This document shows, one piece after another, positions 49,268 to 58,932 of a stretch of DNA of 64,000 nucleotides; positions within the stretch are counted from its first letter, which is position 1; the number at the start of each line of letters is the position of its first letter. Origin of the DNA: Thermodesulfovibrionales bacterium (GTDB taxonomy: Bacteria > Nitrospirota > Thermodesulfovibrionia > Thermodesulfovibrionales > UBA6898); NCBI GenBank assembly GCA_044450345.1, contig JBIOIY010000001.1:64001-128000 (forward strand). Direction: 5' to 3'. Position numbers and translations under genes: made by a program. The notes beneath the pieces were generated by a model. It worked only from the letters and a program-made list of their open reading frames with translations. It did no database searches and was not told where the DNA came from.

Positions 49268-50527
49268 TCACGCACCGGCAATGAAATCCCTTATGCCGGT
49301 AATCCGCAGTTCGCCTGTCGCCGAATCCGCAAGTCTCTTCCATCCCACCATCCCGGACTTTATTTCATCGTCTCCGATGATGAACACATATTTGGCGGAC
49401 AGTCTGTCGGCCCTCCTCATCTGGCTCTTTAGCGACGAAGACCCTTCACCCAGTTCTACCCAAATGCCCTTTTCCCTGAGACCGTCGGCGATGCGAACCC
49501 CTTCTTTGCCTGCCTGCTCACCGACCGCTGCGATGAAGACTTCAGGGGCCGGAAGATCATATTTCACCGACATCTTCAGCAACTCCACGATCCTCTCCAT
49601 CCCCAAAGCAAAACCGATAGCCGGGGTTTCAGGTCCGCCGAATTCCTTTACAAGACGGTCGTATCTCCCGCCCGCAGCAATCGCGTTTTGGGCGCCGAGG
49701 TTTTCGCTCGTGACCTCAAATGTAGTCCTGGTGTAATAATCGAGCCCCCTTACCATCTCCGGATTGACCGTATGGGGAATCCCGAGCATTTCGAGCAGGG
49801 CCAGAAACCTTTCAAAATGATTACGGCAGTCCTCGCAGAGATAGTCGACGACGCGGGGCGCGTCTTTTCTTATCTCTCTGCACCTGTCGACTTTACAGTC
49901 GAGTATCCTGAGAGGATTCTGGTCATACCTCCTCCGGCAGTCGGTGCAAAGGTCATCCAGACTGCCGGCAAAAAATGCCAGGAGCGCTTCTTTAAACACG
50001 GGGCGGCATTTCTCGCATCCGATTGAATTGACCTGAAAATGCGGCGACTCGAGGCCGATACCCCTCAGCAGGCGGTTGAGCATGGATATCACCTCCGCAT
50101 CCATCTCCGGCTTGGAAGATCCGAACGCCTCCACCCCTATCTGGTAGAATTGCCTGAAGCGCCCGGACTGCGGCCTTTCATATCTGAACATCGGCCCCGT
50201 GTAATAGAACTTCTGGGGTGACGGCAGGGTATACAGATGGTTTTCTGTGTAGCACCGCACAACCGAAGCAGTGCCCTCCGGCCTGAGCGTGATGCTCCTC
50301 CCTCCCTTGTCTTCGAAGGTGTACATTTCCTTTTCGACAATGTCGGTGTTCTCGCCTATACTTCGCGCAAAGACCGATGTGGATTCGACTATCGGGGTCC
50401 TTATCTCAAGAAAGCCGTAAGACGCAAATACCTCTCTCGCCTTCCTCTCCACCTCCTGCCATATGTGTATGTCCGAGGGCATGATGTCCTTCATGCCCTT
50501 CAGCGCCTTGTACCGTTCAGAACTCAC
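49268..50527 (-). CDS. hisS: Histidine-tRNA ligase
   Basis: LRPEGTA, FRYERPQSGRFRQF, VRGLDYY, GGRYD and GMER. Confidence 0.98.
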   Translation of the reverse strand: MSSERYKALKGMKDIMPSDIHIWQEVERKAREVFASYGFLEIRTPIVESTSVFARSIGENTDIVEKEMYTFEDKGGRSITLRPEGTASVVRCYTENHLYTLPSPQKFYYTGPMFRYERPQSGRFRQFYQIGVEAFGSSKPEMDAEVISMLNRLLRGIGLESPHFQVNSIGCEKCRPVFKEALLAFFAGSLDDLCTDCRRRYDQNPLRILDCKVDRCREIRKDAPRVVDYLCEDCRNHFERFLALLEMLGIPHTVNPEMVRGLDYYTRTTFEVTSENLGAQNAIAAGGRYDRLVKEFGGPETPAIGFALGMERIVELLKMSVKYDLPAPEVFIAAVGEQAGKEGVRIADGLREKGIWVELGEGSSSLKSQMRRADRLSAKYVFIIGDDEIKSGMVGWKRLADSATGELRITGIRDFIAGA

Positions 50528-51003
50528 TCGACGACCTCTTCCCTGTTTTCTCCTTCTCTGTAGGAATCATGTTCCAGCATCCTCGTGTGGTTTTCGATAA
50601 GCCGCTTCAATTCCTCTCTGAAATGACGGCGTATCCCTTTGAGGTCGACGATATCTTCATGGATCTTGATGACCTTTTCCTGTGCGTCTTTGATCAATTC
50701 GTCCGCCCTGATCTCAGCCTCTCTAATGAGAAGCTCCGCCTCTTTTCTCGCGTTCGTCTTGTAATCCTCGACCATCTGCTGGGCGGTCATGAGGGTTTCG
50801 CGCAGCGTCGTTTCCATGTCCTTGTATTCCTTGATATGGTTTGCGGCCCTCTGCACGTTTTCCTTCAGTGACGCATTCTCCCTCAGAAGTTCCTCCATCT
50901 CCTCCCTGATCACTTCGAGAAACGCATAGACCTCTTCTACATCAAACCCCCTGAATTTCATCGGGAATTGTTTCTGCTGGATATCAAGCGGCGTGATTCT
51001 CAT
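50524..51003 (-). CDS. DivIVA domain protein
   Basis: MRITPLDIQQKQF..FRGFDVEEV followed by a coiled coil. Confidence 0.92.
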   Translation of the reverse strand: MRITPLDIQQKQFPMKFRGFDVEEVYAFLEVIREEMEELLRENASLKENVQRAANHIKEYKDMETTLRETLMTAQQMVEDYKTNARKEAELLIREAEIRADELIKDAQEKVIKIHEDIVDLKGIRRHFREELKRLIENHTRMLEHDSYREGENREEVVE

Positions 51004-51006
51004 ATA

Positions 51007-51312
51007 TCATCCTCCTCCAAACTGCTGACCGATTTTTATTACTGTCCTTACCAGAAACGACTGCAGGAATATAATAACAAGAATTACTACTATTGGAGAA
51101 ATATCGATCGGCCCGAGCCGGTACCCTATGAGCCGCCGTATGGGCCTGAACACCGGTTCAGTGACCGCATGGAGAAACCTCACTATCGGATTATAGGGGT
51201 CAGGGTTCACCCAACTTATCAGCGCAGCGATGATGACGACCCATTTATACAATCCGAGAAGATAATCAAGAATTGTCGCGATGGATATGAGCAGGTCGCC
51301 GAAAACGAACAT
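51007..51312 (-). CDS. YggT family membrane protein
   Basis: SWVNPDPYNP, TEP and IDISP. Confidence 0.92.
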   Translation of the reverse strand: MFVFGDLLISIATILDYLLGLYKWVVIIAALISWVNPDPYNPIVRFLHAVTEPVFRPIRRLIGYRLGPIDISPIVVILVIIFLQSFLVRTVIKIGQQFGGG

Positions 51313-52100
51313 TATTCCCTCCTCCCGAGCTCCTCCGCCCTCTTCCTCGCGGCAAGCAGTGCTTCGCTTACCGTGGCCTTGAGAGACCTTTCCTCAAACA
51401 CCTTCAACCCTGCCTCGGTAGTCCCTCCCGGCGACGTGACCATTATTCTCAACCGCTCGGGCGTCATGCCCGTATCTAAGAGTTTTGCGGTGCCGAGCAG
51501 GGTCTGCGCAGCCAGTTCTGCCGAGTCGGAGGCAGAAAGTCCCATCTTCTCCCCGCTCCCTATCATCGCCTCAATGAACAATGCGATAAATGCAGGCCCG
51601 CTTCCCGACAAGGCGGTCACGGCATTCATCATCTCTTCCGGCAACACAAGGACCTTCCCTATGGACATCAGTATGCTCTTCACTACATTGAGTTCAGGAC
51701 CGTATGAGCACCCGCACAACGACATCACCGACATGCCCTCCTGCACCAGGGCTGGGGTATTGGGCATGACCCTTATCAATTGTCTTGTCTTAAGTCTCGC
51801 TTCAAGATAGGAAAGGGTAATCCCGGCGGCAATCGAAACGACCGTTTTCGTGTCGTTCACAGAGGGTGCAATTTCAGTCAGGACCGCATCCATATTCTGG
51901 GGTTTCACGGCAAGTAATATGATTTCGCAGGCAGATGCGACTTCCGCATTGGAAGCGGCCACCCTTATCCCATATGCCTCCTTAAGTTCCCTGCGCCTAT
52001 CCTCCCTAAGTTCCGAAACAAAGATGTCCTTCATGCCCTTTGCCGTCATCCCCTTGATCAATGCTTCCGCCATGTTTCCGCCGCCGATAAAACCGATCAT
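51312..52100 (-). CDS. proC: Pyrroline-5-carboxylate reductase
   Basis: GFIGGGNM, RVMPNTP, SGSGPA and VTSPGGTT. Confidence 0.97.
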   Translation of the reverse strand: MIGFIGGGNMAEALIKGMTAKGMKDIFVSELREDRRRELKEAYGIRVAASNAEVASACEIILLAVKPQNMDAVLTEIAPSVNDTKTVVSIAAGITLSYLEARLKTRQLIRVMPNTPALVQEGMSVMSLCGCSYGPELNVVKSILMSIGKVLVLPEEMMNAVTALSGSGPAFIALFIEAMIGSGEKMGLSASDSAELAAQTLLGTAKLLDTGMTPERLRIMVTSPGGTTEAGLKVFEERSLKATVSEALLAARKRAEELGRRE

Positions 52101-52831
52101 GCCGTCTCCTTTTTCCTTTCACCAAAAATGGCCGTACCCACCCTTACAATAGTCGCACCCTCCTGGATCGCAACCTCAAAATCGTGCGACATGCCCATCG
52201 ACAGTTCGATTAAGCTGAATCCCTGGGCAGCGGCCCTGTCCCTTGCCTCTCGCAGTTCACTAAAGAAGGGCCTCACCTTTTCAGAATCATCAAAAAATGG
52301 CGGTATCGTCATAAGCCCTTCGACCCGCAGGTTTTTCATTACAGCCGTTGCATCAAGGATATCCATAAGTTCTTCTTTTAATATTCCATACTTGCTTTCT
52401 TCATCTGAAAGTTTTACTTGAACAAGTATTCCCTGTATTTTTCCAATGTTTCCGGCAAACTTGTTAATCAGACCGGCCAGTTCCAGCGAATCCACGGAGT
52501 GGATGAGGTCAAACAACTCGACCGCAGCCTTCGCCTTGTTCTTCTGTAAGTGACCGATAAGATGCCACCGGACACGGTATCCGAACGGCGCCTCCGGAGA
52601 GTAAAGGTCGATGTCCCGCGCAAACAGTCCGCGTTTTGCAATAAACTCCTGCACCCTGTTCTCGCCGAAATCTCTCATGCCCGCCTCAATCGCTTCCCTC
52701 ACAGCAGAAGCTGACACGTTCTTGCTCACCGCAATCAACTTGACCTCTCCCGGCCCCCTTCCCGCTCTCATCGCGGCATGGGCGATCCTCTTGTAGATAT
52801 TATTTATGTTTTCCGACAGCCTGTTTTTCAT
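52097..52831 (-). CDS. YggS family PLP homeostasis protein
   Basis: AVSK, FGENRVQE, WHLIGHLQKNK and LSMGMS; start set to MKNRLSEN at 52831. Confidence 0.93.
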   Translation of the reverse strand: MKNRLSENINNIYKRIAHAAMRAGRGPGEVKLIAVSKNVSASAVREAIEAGMRDFGENRVQEFIAKRGLFARDIDLYSPEAPFGYRVRWHLIGHLQKNKAKAAVELFDLIHSVDSLELAGLINKFAGNIGKIQGILVQVKLSDEESKYGILKEELMDILDATAVMKNLRVEGLMTIPPFFDDSEKVRPFFSELREARDRAAAQGFSLIELSMGMSHDFEVAIQEGATIVRVGTAIFGERKKETA

Positions 52832-52919
52832 GTTTTTTTTGGAAATATTATAGTAGTATCTCTCCCGTGAAAATTCAATAAATATCCCCGGCAAGTCTTA
52901 TCTCCCCGTCACAAGGATA

Positions 52920-53543
52920 TCACCTCGCCGCCCATGAGATAAACCATCCCCCGAAGGCTATCAGAAAAAAGCCGCAGCCATAAAGCATAAACCTGTATCC
53001 CCTGTCACCGATCATCCTCCTGCCTTTCGATACCGCAAGCGCCAACAGGCTGTACCAGGCAAGGTCGGCAGCGATATGACCGGCGAAGAAGGCAGCAACT
53101 CCCGCGAAGCCATACTTCACTGAGCCGACAAGATAACCAAGGCCTGCAGTCGCCCACCAGATAAGCCAGTAAGGATTTGAGAGACTTCCCACTATGCCCG
53201 ATATGACCGGATGAAGGCCCCTTTCATTCCTCCCGGTCTTCATAACCAACCTCGCCCCGGCAGCATCTTTTATCATCATCCCGCCCATGACAAGAAGGAT
53301 AGCGCCTCCTGTTACGGCGATTGCAATTTTGGCACCCTCTCCCGCGAGAAACGGGGTGACGCCCATCACAAGAAGTAAAACAAGGATCAACTCCAGAATA
53401 CCGTGGCCGAGAATAATCAGAGGACCCGCGATAAAGCCCCTCTTGACCGATTCGCCCACGGTTATCGTAAAAAGAGGTCCCGGCACAAGTGCACCCGAGA
53501 ACGCCACGATAAAGGAGGATAATGCGATAAGCGCCACATTCAT
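52920..53543 (-). CDS. LysE family translocator
   Basis: GALVPGP, GHGILE and SNPYW; hydrophobic. Confidence 0.88.
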   Translation of the reverse strand: MNVALIALSSFIVAFSGALVPGPLFTITVGESVKRGFIAGPLIILGHGILELILVLLLVMGVTPFLAGEGAKIAIAVTGGAILLVMGGMMIKDAAGARLVMKTGRNERGLHPVISGIVGSLSNPYWLIWWATAGLGYLVGSVKYGFAGVAAFFAGHIAADLAWYSLLALAVSKGRRMIGDRGYRFMLYGCGFFLIAFGGWFISWAAR

Positions 53544-55171
53544 ATACCCACCGCCTCTTTATATTCCATCCAGAGTTCTTCCCTGGGGACCCCGATATCG
53601 ATGAAGTCCCAGGGAAGCATCTCTTCCCGGTCTTTATGTCTGAAGATATAGAAATCCCTGTCGATGCCTGCCGCTCCGTTCCTCACATAAAGGTCATTTC
53701 CCGATGCGATCTGCTCGGCAGTCTGCGATACCCGCCTGTCACCCAGTGAGAAGACACCCTGCATGTATGCGTATTTCGGCACGTCATTAAAAACCTTCAC
53801 CCCCTTTACCATTGTAAGCCCCTTTTTCAGGTGCTTCAGCCTTTCCTTCACTTCCTTCAGAGGCGCCATTGGATGCCACTGAAACGGCGTAAAGGGCTTA
53901 GGCACAAAAGTGCTGACGCTGAGCGTAATATAGCCCCTCGCGGTATTCCCGCGTATTTTCTCAACGAGGGTGATTATACCTTCGATATCGGCCATGGTCT
54001 CTGTCGGCAGGCCTATCATAAAGTAGAGCCTCAGGGTCTCTATCCCGCCGTCAAGGATGATCTTCGCCGTCTCGAATATATCTTCATCCCTGATCTTTTT
54101 GTTGACGACGTCCCTGAGCCGCTGGGTACCTGCCTCGGGCGCTATCGAAACACTCTTATGCCCTTTCATCAACCCCACTATCCTGCCGCTCCTCGGGCTC
54201 GCCCTGAGAGATGTGATCGAAAAATGCACTCCCTGGATCTGTAGTATCTCCTCGGCATGAGGATAATCGGAGAGTGATGGACCTATGAGGCCGATCTTAG
54301 ACGTCATTGCGGATGCGTCTTCGATTTCCCGTCTGAGTACTTCGATATCTTTCCTCCTTGCGGGTTTGTATATCCGGCCGGCAACGCAGAACCTGCATGC
54401 CCAGACACAGCCGCGCATCGCCTCAATCAGAAACATGTCGGAGAACTCGGCCTCCGGCGTCGTGATGACCGGCTTCAGCGGCGATTTAGAGATATCGAAG
54501 ACCGTCCTTTTCCGGATGACGGCCGGGGCGTCATGAGTACTTCTTCTCGCCAGTATCCGGCCATCGGCGGCATATTCGACCTTGTAATAGCCGGGCACGT
54601 AAATGCCTTCGACCCCGGCGGCCTTTTCATATAGATCGTCCTTTGATGAAGAGCCCCTAAACACAGAGAGAAATTCCGGGAGCATCTCTTCGGCCTCCCC
54701 GATAAAACAGATATCGAAGAAGTCCGCAAGCGGCTCTGGATTATAGAAGGCGCAGACCCCGCCCATCACAACGACCGGGTGTCCCGCGCTCCTTTCGCCG
54801 GCCTTCGGCGGAATATTAGCCATTGTTAATATCTTCACTATATTCGGGTAATCATTTTCGAAAGAGACTGAAAAGGCCACGATATCGAACCTCGACAACT
54901 GCCTCTTCGATTCAAGCGTAAAGATCTCCGCCCCCGTTCTCAGGTGTTCCTCAATCTCCTCCGGCCCCGGCAGAAAGGCCCTTTCGCATACCACGTCATT
55001 CATGGCGTTCAAAAGTCCGTATATACCTTGAAAGCCCAGGTTCGACATGCCCACCGGATAGGTATTAGGATACACAAGAGCGATATTGATCTTGCCTCCG
55101 GGGTCCTTGAAAACAGTCCCCTTCTCTTTCGAAAGGAGATATTCGGCTCTCTCTAGTAATTTCTTATTCAT
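53540..55171 (-). CDS. Uncharacterised radical SAM protein (TIGR03960-like)
   Basis: YPNTYPVGMSNLG, RGCVWACRFC, APEAG, YFMIGLPTE and FVPKPFTPFQW. Confidence 0.85.
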   Translation of the reverse strand: MNKKLLERAEYLLSKEKGTVFKDPGGKINIALVYPNTYPVGMSNLGFQGIYGLLNAMNDVVCERAFLPGPEEIEEHLRTGAEIFTLESKRQLSRFDIVAFSVSFENDYPNIVKILTMANIPPKAGERSAGHPVVVMGGVCAFYNPEPLADFFDICFIGEAEEMLPEFLSVFRGSSSKDDLYEKAAGVEGIYVPGYYKVEYAADGRILARRSTHDAPAVIRKRTVFDISKSPLKPVITTPEAEFSDMFLIEAMRGCVWACRFCVAGRIYKPARRKDIEVLRREIEDASAMTSKIGLIGPSLSDYPHAEEILQIQGVHFSITSLRASPRSGRIVGLMKGHKSVSIAPEAGTQRLRDVVNKKIRDEDIFETAKIILDGGIETLRLYFMIGLPTETMADIEGIITLVEKIRGNTARGYITLSVSTFVPKPFTPFQWHPMAPLKEVKERLKHLKKGLTMVKGVKVFNDVPKYAYMQGVFSLGDRRVSQTAEQIASGNDLYVRNGAAGIDRDFYIFRHKDREEMLPWDFIDIGVPREELWMEYKEAVGI

Positions 55172-55302
55172 AGGGAAATAAACGCTCCATACTATTATAC
55201 TTTTTTATTTCCCGCGGTGACAGTCTCGCATGAGACTTCAGCAATACAAAGCAAGGGAGGGCATGTCCTTTCATTTGTTCTGCCGGCATGGTAAAATTTC
55301 GC

Positions 55303-55746
55303 ATGAAAATCGTTGCTCAGAACCGCAAGGCATTCCACGACTATTCGATAGAGGAAACAATCGAGGCGGGCATTGTCCTGACCGGGACCGAGGTAAAATC
55401 TTTAAGGGAGGGCAAGGCGAATCTGAAGGACAGCTACGTCTTAATAAAGGATGAGGAAGTCTTGCTTCTCAATTGCCATATCAGCCCTTACACCCACGGA
55501 AACATCATGAACCACGACCCTGTGCGCACACGAAAACTCCTGCTCCACAAAAAGGAGATCGCACGGATCCAGGCAAAGGCGCTGCAAAAGGGATATTCCC
55601 TCATTCCGCTCAAGATCTACTTCAAGGAATCCCGGGCCAAAGTGGAGATAGGCCTCGCCAGGGGGAAGAAGATGTACGAGAAGAGAGACACGATCAAAAA
55701 GAGAGAGGCGGACAGGGAGATAGAGCGGGCGATGAAGAGCCGTTAA
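55303..55746 (+). CDS. smpB: SsrA-binding protein
   Basis: [23 protein letters not shown] and RTRKLLLHK. Confidence 0.98.
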   Translation: MKIVAQNRKAFHDYSIEETIEAGIVLTGTEVKSLREGKANLKDSYVLIKDEEVLLLNCHISPYTHGNIMNHDPVRTRKLLLHKKEIARIQAKALQKGYSLIPLKIYFKESRAKVEIGLARGKKMYEKRDTIKKREADREIERAMKSR

Positions 55747-55757
55747 CACTCCTCAGT

Positions 55758-55882
55758 GACAGATGCAGCACGGATCTGTCCCTTCGCTCATTCCCTGCCT
55801 GCCGGCAGGCAGGTCGTCCCGATGAATCGGGACTCCGAGGCAATTTCTCGCCACGCCTACGGCTCTACAAAACGAGAAATTG
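55758..55882. repeat. Cluster of short palindromes including perfect 20-bp CCTGCCTGCCGGCAGGCAGG
   Basis: IRs at 55758-55780, 55794-55813, 55816-55833 (GTCCCGATGAATCGGGAC) and 55841-55882. Confidence 0.75.
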
Positions 55883-56019
55883 AAGCCGCTCAGACACAGC
55901 TCCATGCTGCATGTTATTGATGCCATGGACAAAGAAGCTCCAGTAAGGTTAACAGCCCCTCAAAGTTATTCCCTGTTTTTGTTAAGTGCGGTGCTTGTGG
56001 TAAACTATATGTATAGAAA

Positions 56020-56365
<346 letters not shown>

Positions 56366-56369
56366 ATTA

Positions 56370-56400
56370 AGCCTTTGGCAACAAAGGCTGTTCTTTTTTT
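56370..56400 (+). terminator. Rho-independent terminator after ssrA
   Basis: AGCCTTTG-GCAA-CAAAGGCT followed by a U-rich run. Confidence 0.8.
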
Positions 56401-56506
56401 ATGTGAAGTAGACTGTCCCGGCCTATCCTATCGATGGAATTCCGTTTTTGCCGTCGACCTGCGACGTTGAAGAAATTATCTCGCCGTTTAAATGCTATAA
56501 TGGGAT

Positions 56507-56728
56507 ATGGGTAAAGCAGATAAACTGAAGGCCACATTCTGTTTCAGCCGTTTGCCTGACGGCAACGTAATCGGCGAGATCATTGACGAAGCGGGCGTCA
56601 TCGTGGATTCTAAAAACTTCGGTGTGATGTCGGTGGTGGAATTCGAGGGGGTCCTCGACCTTGCAAATCAGGAATACCCGATGCTTGCAGGCAAGATATT
56701 ACCGACAGTCGAGTTGACGTGGAGCTGA
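56507..56728 (+). CDS. Small hypothetical protein
   Basis: 73-aa ORF with protein-like composition; TGCTATAAT only ~6 nt upstream, so possibly leaderless. Confidence 0.55.
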   Translation: MGKADKLKATFCFSRLPDGNVIGEIIDEAGVIVDSKNFGVMSVVEFEGVLDLANQEYPMLAGKILPTVELTWS

Positions 56729-57165
56729 ACTACCCCTCTTCTGACCCTGACCCCCCGGCAGCCCCTGGAGGCGACCGCCGCGGCAATGGCGAGGATTATG
56801 ACTGCAACGAATATACTTTTTATACTTAGCATCGGGGACTTCATGAATAATGATTATACCCGAAGATGTAACTTTCGATCCGAATTTGTTCAGCGCTTCT
56901 TTCTTCCTCCGCAACAGCTTAGATCATTGATTCCTGTTTAATTCCCCTCAACTGCGCAAAATGGCGAGGACTCTTTCGACGCGGTGTATTCCCTATAACG
57001 AGTGTGCGCAACGATGCCATCAAAATTACGGCTTACCTTCGGAAACAGTTACCGCGATTCTGCAAGGTGAGGGAAACGCTCGACGCGTAAAAAAAATTTA
57101 TTACGCGTCGGGACCGGGCATTGCTGAAGCCATTCAACATTCCTTATCTGAGTCTGAAAAGGTCT

Positions 57166-58110
57166 CTATTCCCTGGCGGCGACTTCCACTCTGTTCTTAC
57201 CCTTCCTTTTTGCCTCATACAGGGCGGTGTCGGCGTCTTTGAACAATTTTTCGTATGTACTTGAGGAAGCACCGGAAAAAGCAAGGCCGATGCTTACAGT
57301 TATACGCCTCTCCGGTATCTGCGCGAATTTGTGACTCGAAACCTTTGCCAGTATCCTTTCTGCGACCATTATTCCATGATCTGGGGACGCATGAGGAAGA
57401 ATGGCGATAAACTCCTCACCGCCCCATCTCGCGACAGTATCTGTTTCCCTTTGATTCCTCTCCAGTATTCGTGCAACCTCCACCAGCGCCGAATCGCCTG
57501 CACTGTGGCCGTATATATCATTGACCGCCTTGAAATCGTCCATGTCCATTAAAAGGCACGTGATGGATTGTCCATATCTTTTCATCTTTTTCCATTCTGC
57601 CTCAATCACCGTCTCAAGATGTCTTCTGTTGAAAAGCCCCGTCAGGGGATCGGTAATGGAGAGGGTTTCCACCTTCGATAGTAGTTGACTCAGCTGTCGG
57701 TTCTTCTCTCTTAGCTCATCCTGGAGCGCCGTGGTCCTCAATGCGGCATAAATTCTCATATTGAGCTCAGTTTCGTTGTAAGGCTTCGGAAGATAGTCGT
57801 CGGCTCCTGCCTCAATGCCCAAAACCTTGTCGTCAATAGTGCCCCTGGCGGTAAGCATGATTACGGGGATGCCTTTTGTGTCGTCGTTCGCCTTTATCCA
57901 GCGGCAGACCGCCAAGCCGCTCATATCAGGGAGGAGAAGATCCAGTAGAACTATATGCGGAGAAGCAGTCTTAACAGCCTTTATTGCCGACGCGCCGTCT
58001 TGCGCCAAGATTACCTCATACCCGTTCTTTTCAAGGCCTCCCGTGGTAATCTTTGCCTGTGCCCGGCTGTCTTCAACAAGAAGGATTCTTGCCTTTAGCA
58101 CGTTACCCAT
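57166..58110 (-). CDS. REC-GGDEF diguanylate cyclase
   Basis: LLVEDS, LDLLLP, DPLTGLFNRR, RETD I-site and RWGGEEF; start set to MGNVLK at 58110. Confidence 0.92.
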   Translation of the reverse strand: MGNVLKARILLVEDSRAQAKITTGGLEKNGYEVILAQDGASAIKAVKTASPHIVLLDLLLPDMSGLAVCRWIKANDDTKGIPVIMLTARGTIDDKVLGIEAGADDYLPKPYNETELNMRIYAALRTTALQDELREKNRQLSQLLSKVETLSITDPLTGLFNRRHLETVIEAEWKKMKRYGQSITCLLMDMDDFKAVNDIYGHSAGDSALVEVARILERNQRETDTVARWGGEEFIAILPHASPDHGIMVAERILAKVSSHKFAQIPERRITVSIGLAFSGASSSTYEKLFKDADTALYEAKRKGKNRVEVAARE

Positions 58111-58224
58111 CTGAAAATTATAACAGATTCCATCTGGCTTTAGTGCCAGTTCCTGAGGCCACGGAAAGCTACATCCCCGTCCTATCATAAGCAGTTTCTT
58201 TTGCACGGGTCGAGCCGTTGATCA

Positions 58225-58761
58225 TTGCGGAAAAAGATGTTACTATTTTTTATACTGGATCTTTTCATGTTGACCACCTTTTTACCCAGATGCCGCAGAG
58301 ACGGGGATATCACTCTCAGGCCGCTTAGGATATCGGATGGACGATCTCTTTCCAGGATCCTGGAGCAGGAAGATATACTGAAATCGGGCGGCCGCAAGAG
58401 GCTACGCAGGACTCATTGGATATTCTTTTACTTCTGGCTTCGAAGGACGTTCTTTGCCGCCTATTGCATTGAACATCAGGCGGAGAAGATAGGATTTGTC
58501 GGGCTTCATAATTTAGTGCCCGGCGAGTCTGCGGAGATTTCTCTCGTCCTATTCGATCCCGCCGACAGGAGGAGAGGGTATGGCACCCGCGCGTTTAAGC
58601 TCTTGTGCGAAAACTCATTCACGATCTCGTTCGCAGATACGCTTATCGCAAAAGTCAGAAATGATAATGGGCCGGCGCGCTCGTTCTGGACGAGTCTTGG
58701 ATTTGTGACCCTTAGGAGCGACGGAGACGTGATGGTGATGGAGCTCAGAGGAGGCAAATAA
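58225..58761 (+). CDS. GNAT family N-acetyltransferase (start uncertain)
   Basis: ITLRPL, RRRGYGTRA and N..ARSFWTSLGF. Confidence 0.75.
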   Translation: MRKKMLLFFILDLFMLTTFLPRCRRDGDITLRPLRISDGRSLSRILEQEDILKSGGRKRLRRTHWIFFYFWLRRTFFAAYCIEHQAEKIGFVGLHNLVPGESAEISLVLFDPADRRRGYGTRAFKLLCENSFTISFADTLIAKVRNDNGPARSFWTSLGFVTLRSDGDVMVMELRGGK

Positions 58762-58869
58762 CTCCCCCAGGCGCCATGCCGGCCGGCAGGCATGGCGCCT
58801 CTCCCCCTCTTTCCGCACTCAGGCGGATTCGCCGAGGTGAAAAGATAAGAGGGGGTTAAGGGGAGTTAT
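58758..58869. repeat. BoxC-like hairpin repeat with nested palindromes
   Basis: Outer IR ATAACTCCCC / GGGGAGTTAT and CCCCCTCTT / AAGAGGGGG; inner AGGCGC-CATGCCGGCCGGCAGGCATG-GCGCCT. Confidence 0.7.
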
Positions 58870-58932
58870 GATTTCCGAAGGGGGACTACCAGTTTGCATA
58901 TCTCCGGCTTCTTGTTTTACGCTGTATACGTC

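Noticed and set aside
49230..49270. Selenocysteine insertion at the hisS UGA
   Set aside because: No convincing SECIS hairpin and no Cys-equivalent catalytic context.
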